Below are positions 61,241 to 64,000 of a stretch of DNA of 64,000 bases, piece after piece. Every line of letters begins with the position of its first letter. The first letter of the stretch is position 1. Source of the stretch: Antedon mediterranea (taxonomy: Eukaryota; Animalia; Echinodermata); NCBI RefSeq assembly GCF_964355755.1, contig NC_092670.1:20322795-20386794 (forward strand), written 5' to 3'. The notes below the pieces were generated by a model that was not told where the DNA came from, made no database searches, and saw nothing but the letters and a program-made list of their open reading frames with translations. Made by a program: the position numbers and the translations under genes.

Positions 61241-64000
61241 TATCCTATTTTAGGAGGAAATATTAATGTGTGTCTGTTTTAAAAGTGCTTGTTCTTGCTA
61301 AAATATACAAATTGGTTATTTATTTGAAGAATTACGATTTTATTGTTTTATTTTGTAGAGTATGTAAAGATATAAATACAAGTATTGTTATTTTCCTGCA
61401 TATATATATATATATATATATTTATGGAAATTATTATATTATTACTAATGTATTGTCTTCCTTGGTTTATTGGTAAGAAGAAGTAGTAGATGTATAAAAA
61501 AGTCACAACAATTGAAATATTGTCCGGTACAACATTTCTTGACAAAAAAGGTAGTTTAGCATCACGATATGGTATAATTCTGATATTTCTAATATAAATA
61601 TATAATACATATGACCTCACCCACAATGTATATTACATTGAGCGAGATGTGTCAAAAGATCGCAACAAGTTTTTACATGCACTACACCTACACAATGATA
61701 AAATTGTCATTTTTACGCTAACATTGTTAGCGTAGGTTGCTGCAAGTGTTATTGTCTGTAAAAAGCTATTTTGAGCAGAATAATGATATTTTCATCAAAC
61801 AAATTTGGAAAGTAAAATATCCTCCTTATTACAGAATTCTTTTTATTCACCAAATTTTAACCAAATGTTATCGCATCAAGTACAAATATGTTCACATGAG
61901 TTAGAAGATTGATTGTGCTATTCAACAGATGAAGCCAAGTTGAATAGAATATCCCTGCTTTGAACGAATGATACAACAAATTCATTCTAGAATCTGCAGT
62001 TCTAGGATGAACTAATTAAACCAAGTTATTGATTATAATGACAACAACATTGATAATGATCAGAACAGACGGGAAAAATACCTTTTGAAAAAGAGCATTT
62101 GGTGCTGGCAAACATGGTTGTAACTGTAAGAGAAGGAAAATTGAACAACCTTTTTTTAAATGCTCTAATTTCTTGACCAATTATGTCTATTTTAATGGGC
62201 AATATACAACAGTAAATACATTTGTGTTTAATTGCATACATTCTTCATAAATGTATGTGCAAATTATGTCAACTTTTAGTTCTAAAAAAAGAAATTGACA
62301 TACTTTTCTTTGTAAAACATGCAAGTATGTTGAAAAAAAACTTTGTTGAAAGACATGTTTAATACCAAAAGTGTTGATGTTGTATCATAAAGACTATGTT
62401 GATATGATATCCCTTTAGTTTTACATCGTATGTTTTGTCATATTGACTTCTAATTAACGGTGACTACACTATGCTGAAAGACTTTAGTTGTTCTTAAAGT
62501 GTTACTGTTAACTAGACTAGTCCATTAAATCCATTTATCTGTTGTTTATTTGAGATTAATGGTGCATTGTCCTATCATGCCTAATAAACCATAAAGTACT
62601 TATACTCTCAGTAGAATCACCTTAAACATATTGTTTATTCGTACTGACTCGGGTATAGTGCCCACCTTGAGGTGTAATGGTCCACTCTGGGAATGAGCCC
62701 ATGCACGCTACATGTATGGCCACCTTAGGGTATTTTAAGCTAACACCAAAATTTGTAGTAATTTTGTATGTACAAAGATCTGTGTTGCCAACTGCATTTA
62801 GTTCTTTTAGTATAAAGTCCGCACCTTCCTTGGTTATAAGTTAATCTCCTAAACATTACCAAAGGTGGAAATCTTATACCCAGGTCAGTATAAGCATGCA
62901 AAAATAAGAACTGTACTTATTTCTCCATCGTATATGTAGATAAGATTAACAATATTTTACTGTAGTAAATTTTGTTATGATTTGTTTATTTATAATAAGA
63001 AATAACTGGTTAAGTAGTGTGTGAAAAATTACCTCCATTTCCTTGGCAAATATTGACAACTAATAGGCCTAACTAATAACTATTGTAAGCGTTTCCCATT
63101 TTAAAAAGACCAAATTGGCTACAGAGTGTTGAAAATAACAGTTATTTGTGTTTTAAAATGAGTTAAAAAAATGTGTTAACTTTTGCAACACGCACTAATA
63201 AGGCCTATTTTTCAAGAACAATAATTCAGAAATGCAGAATTATTATAACTCAATTCCTTCAGTGAGAATGTTTTCAACAAGGATCTATGGAAGTGGAGTT
63301 TTTCCGTAATCTTACATTCATTTGAACATAATGCCCTTAATTCAAATTTGTTTTTATTTCTATACCCCTACCCTGACAAAGCTTCTGGGCCCAAACCTAC
63401 CACTACCATTTATAATGTTTTATATCATGTACTTAAGATGTGTCCATTTTAATAAAGTAGTGGATACTAATATTTTGTTATAGAGAAAAAGGTATAATAG
63501 TAAAGTATTAGATATTTACAACAGCTTCGTAGAAAATGTATGAATAAATTGAGGAAGATATGTGGCTTGTTCCTATGAAACCTGGGAATAATTTATTTTG
63601 TGACACAAATCTGTCAGATATGTGGATTTTTAAATCCACATAGCTATTTAAAAATAGCTATTCTGGATGTTCTTGTATTTATGCAACTACCATGTTTTAA
63701 ATGTTCTTTATATGAATTTTAGTAATGTAAATGTTGTGTGTACTTTCATGATAATTTTCATATTTTTATTTTGTTAATGAATATAAACTTGGGATCTATT
63801 GCCACAGATTTGTTTTACTGTAGATGGTAAAGTGTGACTACAGTTTGTGTACAAAGATATGATAGACAGTGATTGTAAGGGTATTGTTGTAAGGTAGACA
63901 GTGATTGTAAGGGTCTTGTTGTACAAAATATATATAATGGTATGATATGACCCTGTCTGCTAAAGGTCACAGGTTTGAATCTTGGTAAAACTCTTTTCAT

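Noticed and set aside
61270-64000. Short ORFs at the end of the window
   Set aside because: They are low-complexity, AT-rich translations with no motif or splice-consistent exon chain.

Overview
AT-rich, intron-rich eukaryotic (invertebrate metazoan) DNA. An echinoderm or other invertebrate deuterostome is my guess, not something the sequence proves. Four + strand genes can be rebuilt from GT-AG exons whose reading phases fit: (1) the last three exons of a Fringe beta-1,3-GlcNAc-transferase; (2) a complete second Fringe paralog in tandem (11 exons, about 487 aa); (3) a 6-exon ARM-like/TIR/SAM-like protein (about 673 aa) with an N-myristoylation-type start and an intact putative catalytic TIR glutamate; (4) a 9-coding-exon EF-hand rhomboid protease of the RHBDL1/3 (Rhomboid-4) type (about 421 aa over 36 kb) with a 24-nt microexon. 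The non-coding DNA holds minisatellites, a high-copy Harbinger-like MITE family, Helentron-type non-autonomous elements (HINE/DINE-like, one nested and chimeric), tRNA-derived SINEs and LINE tails. The most unusual signals are two minimal type I hammerhead ribozyme motifs (27631-27675 +, 16438-16478 -) and several tiny palindromes flanked by 7-bp direct repeats that look like P-element-type excision footprints. All calls were made by eye with no database search.
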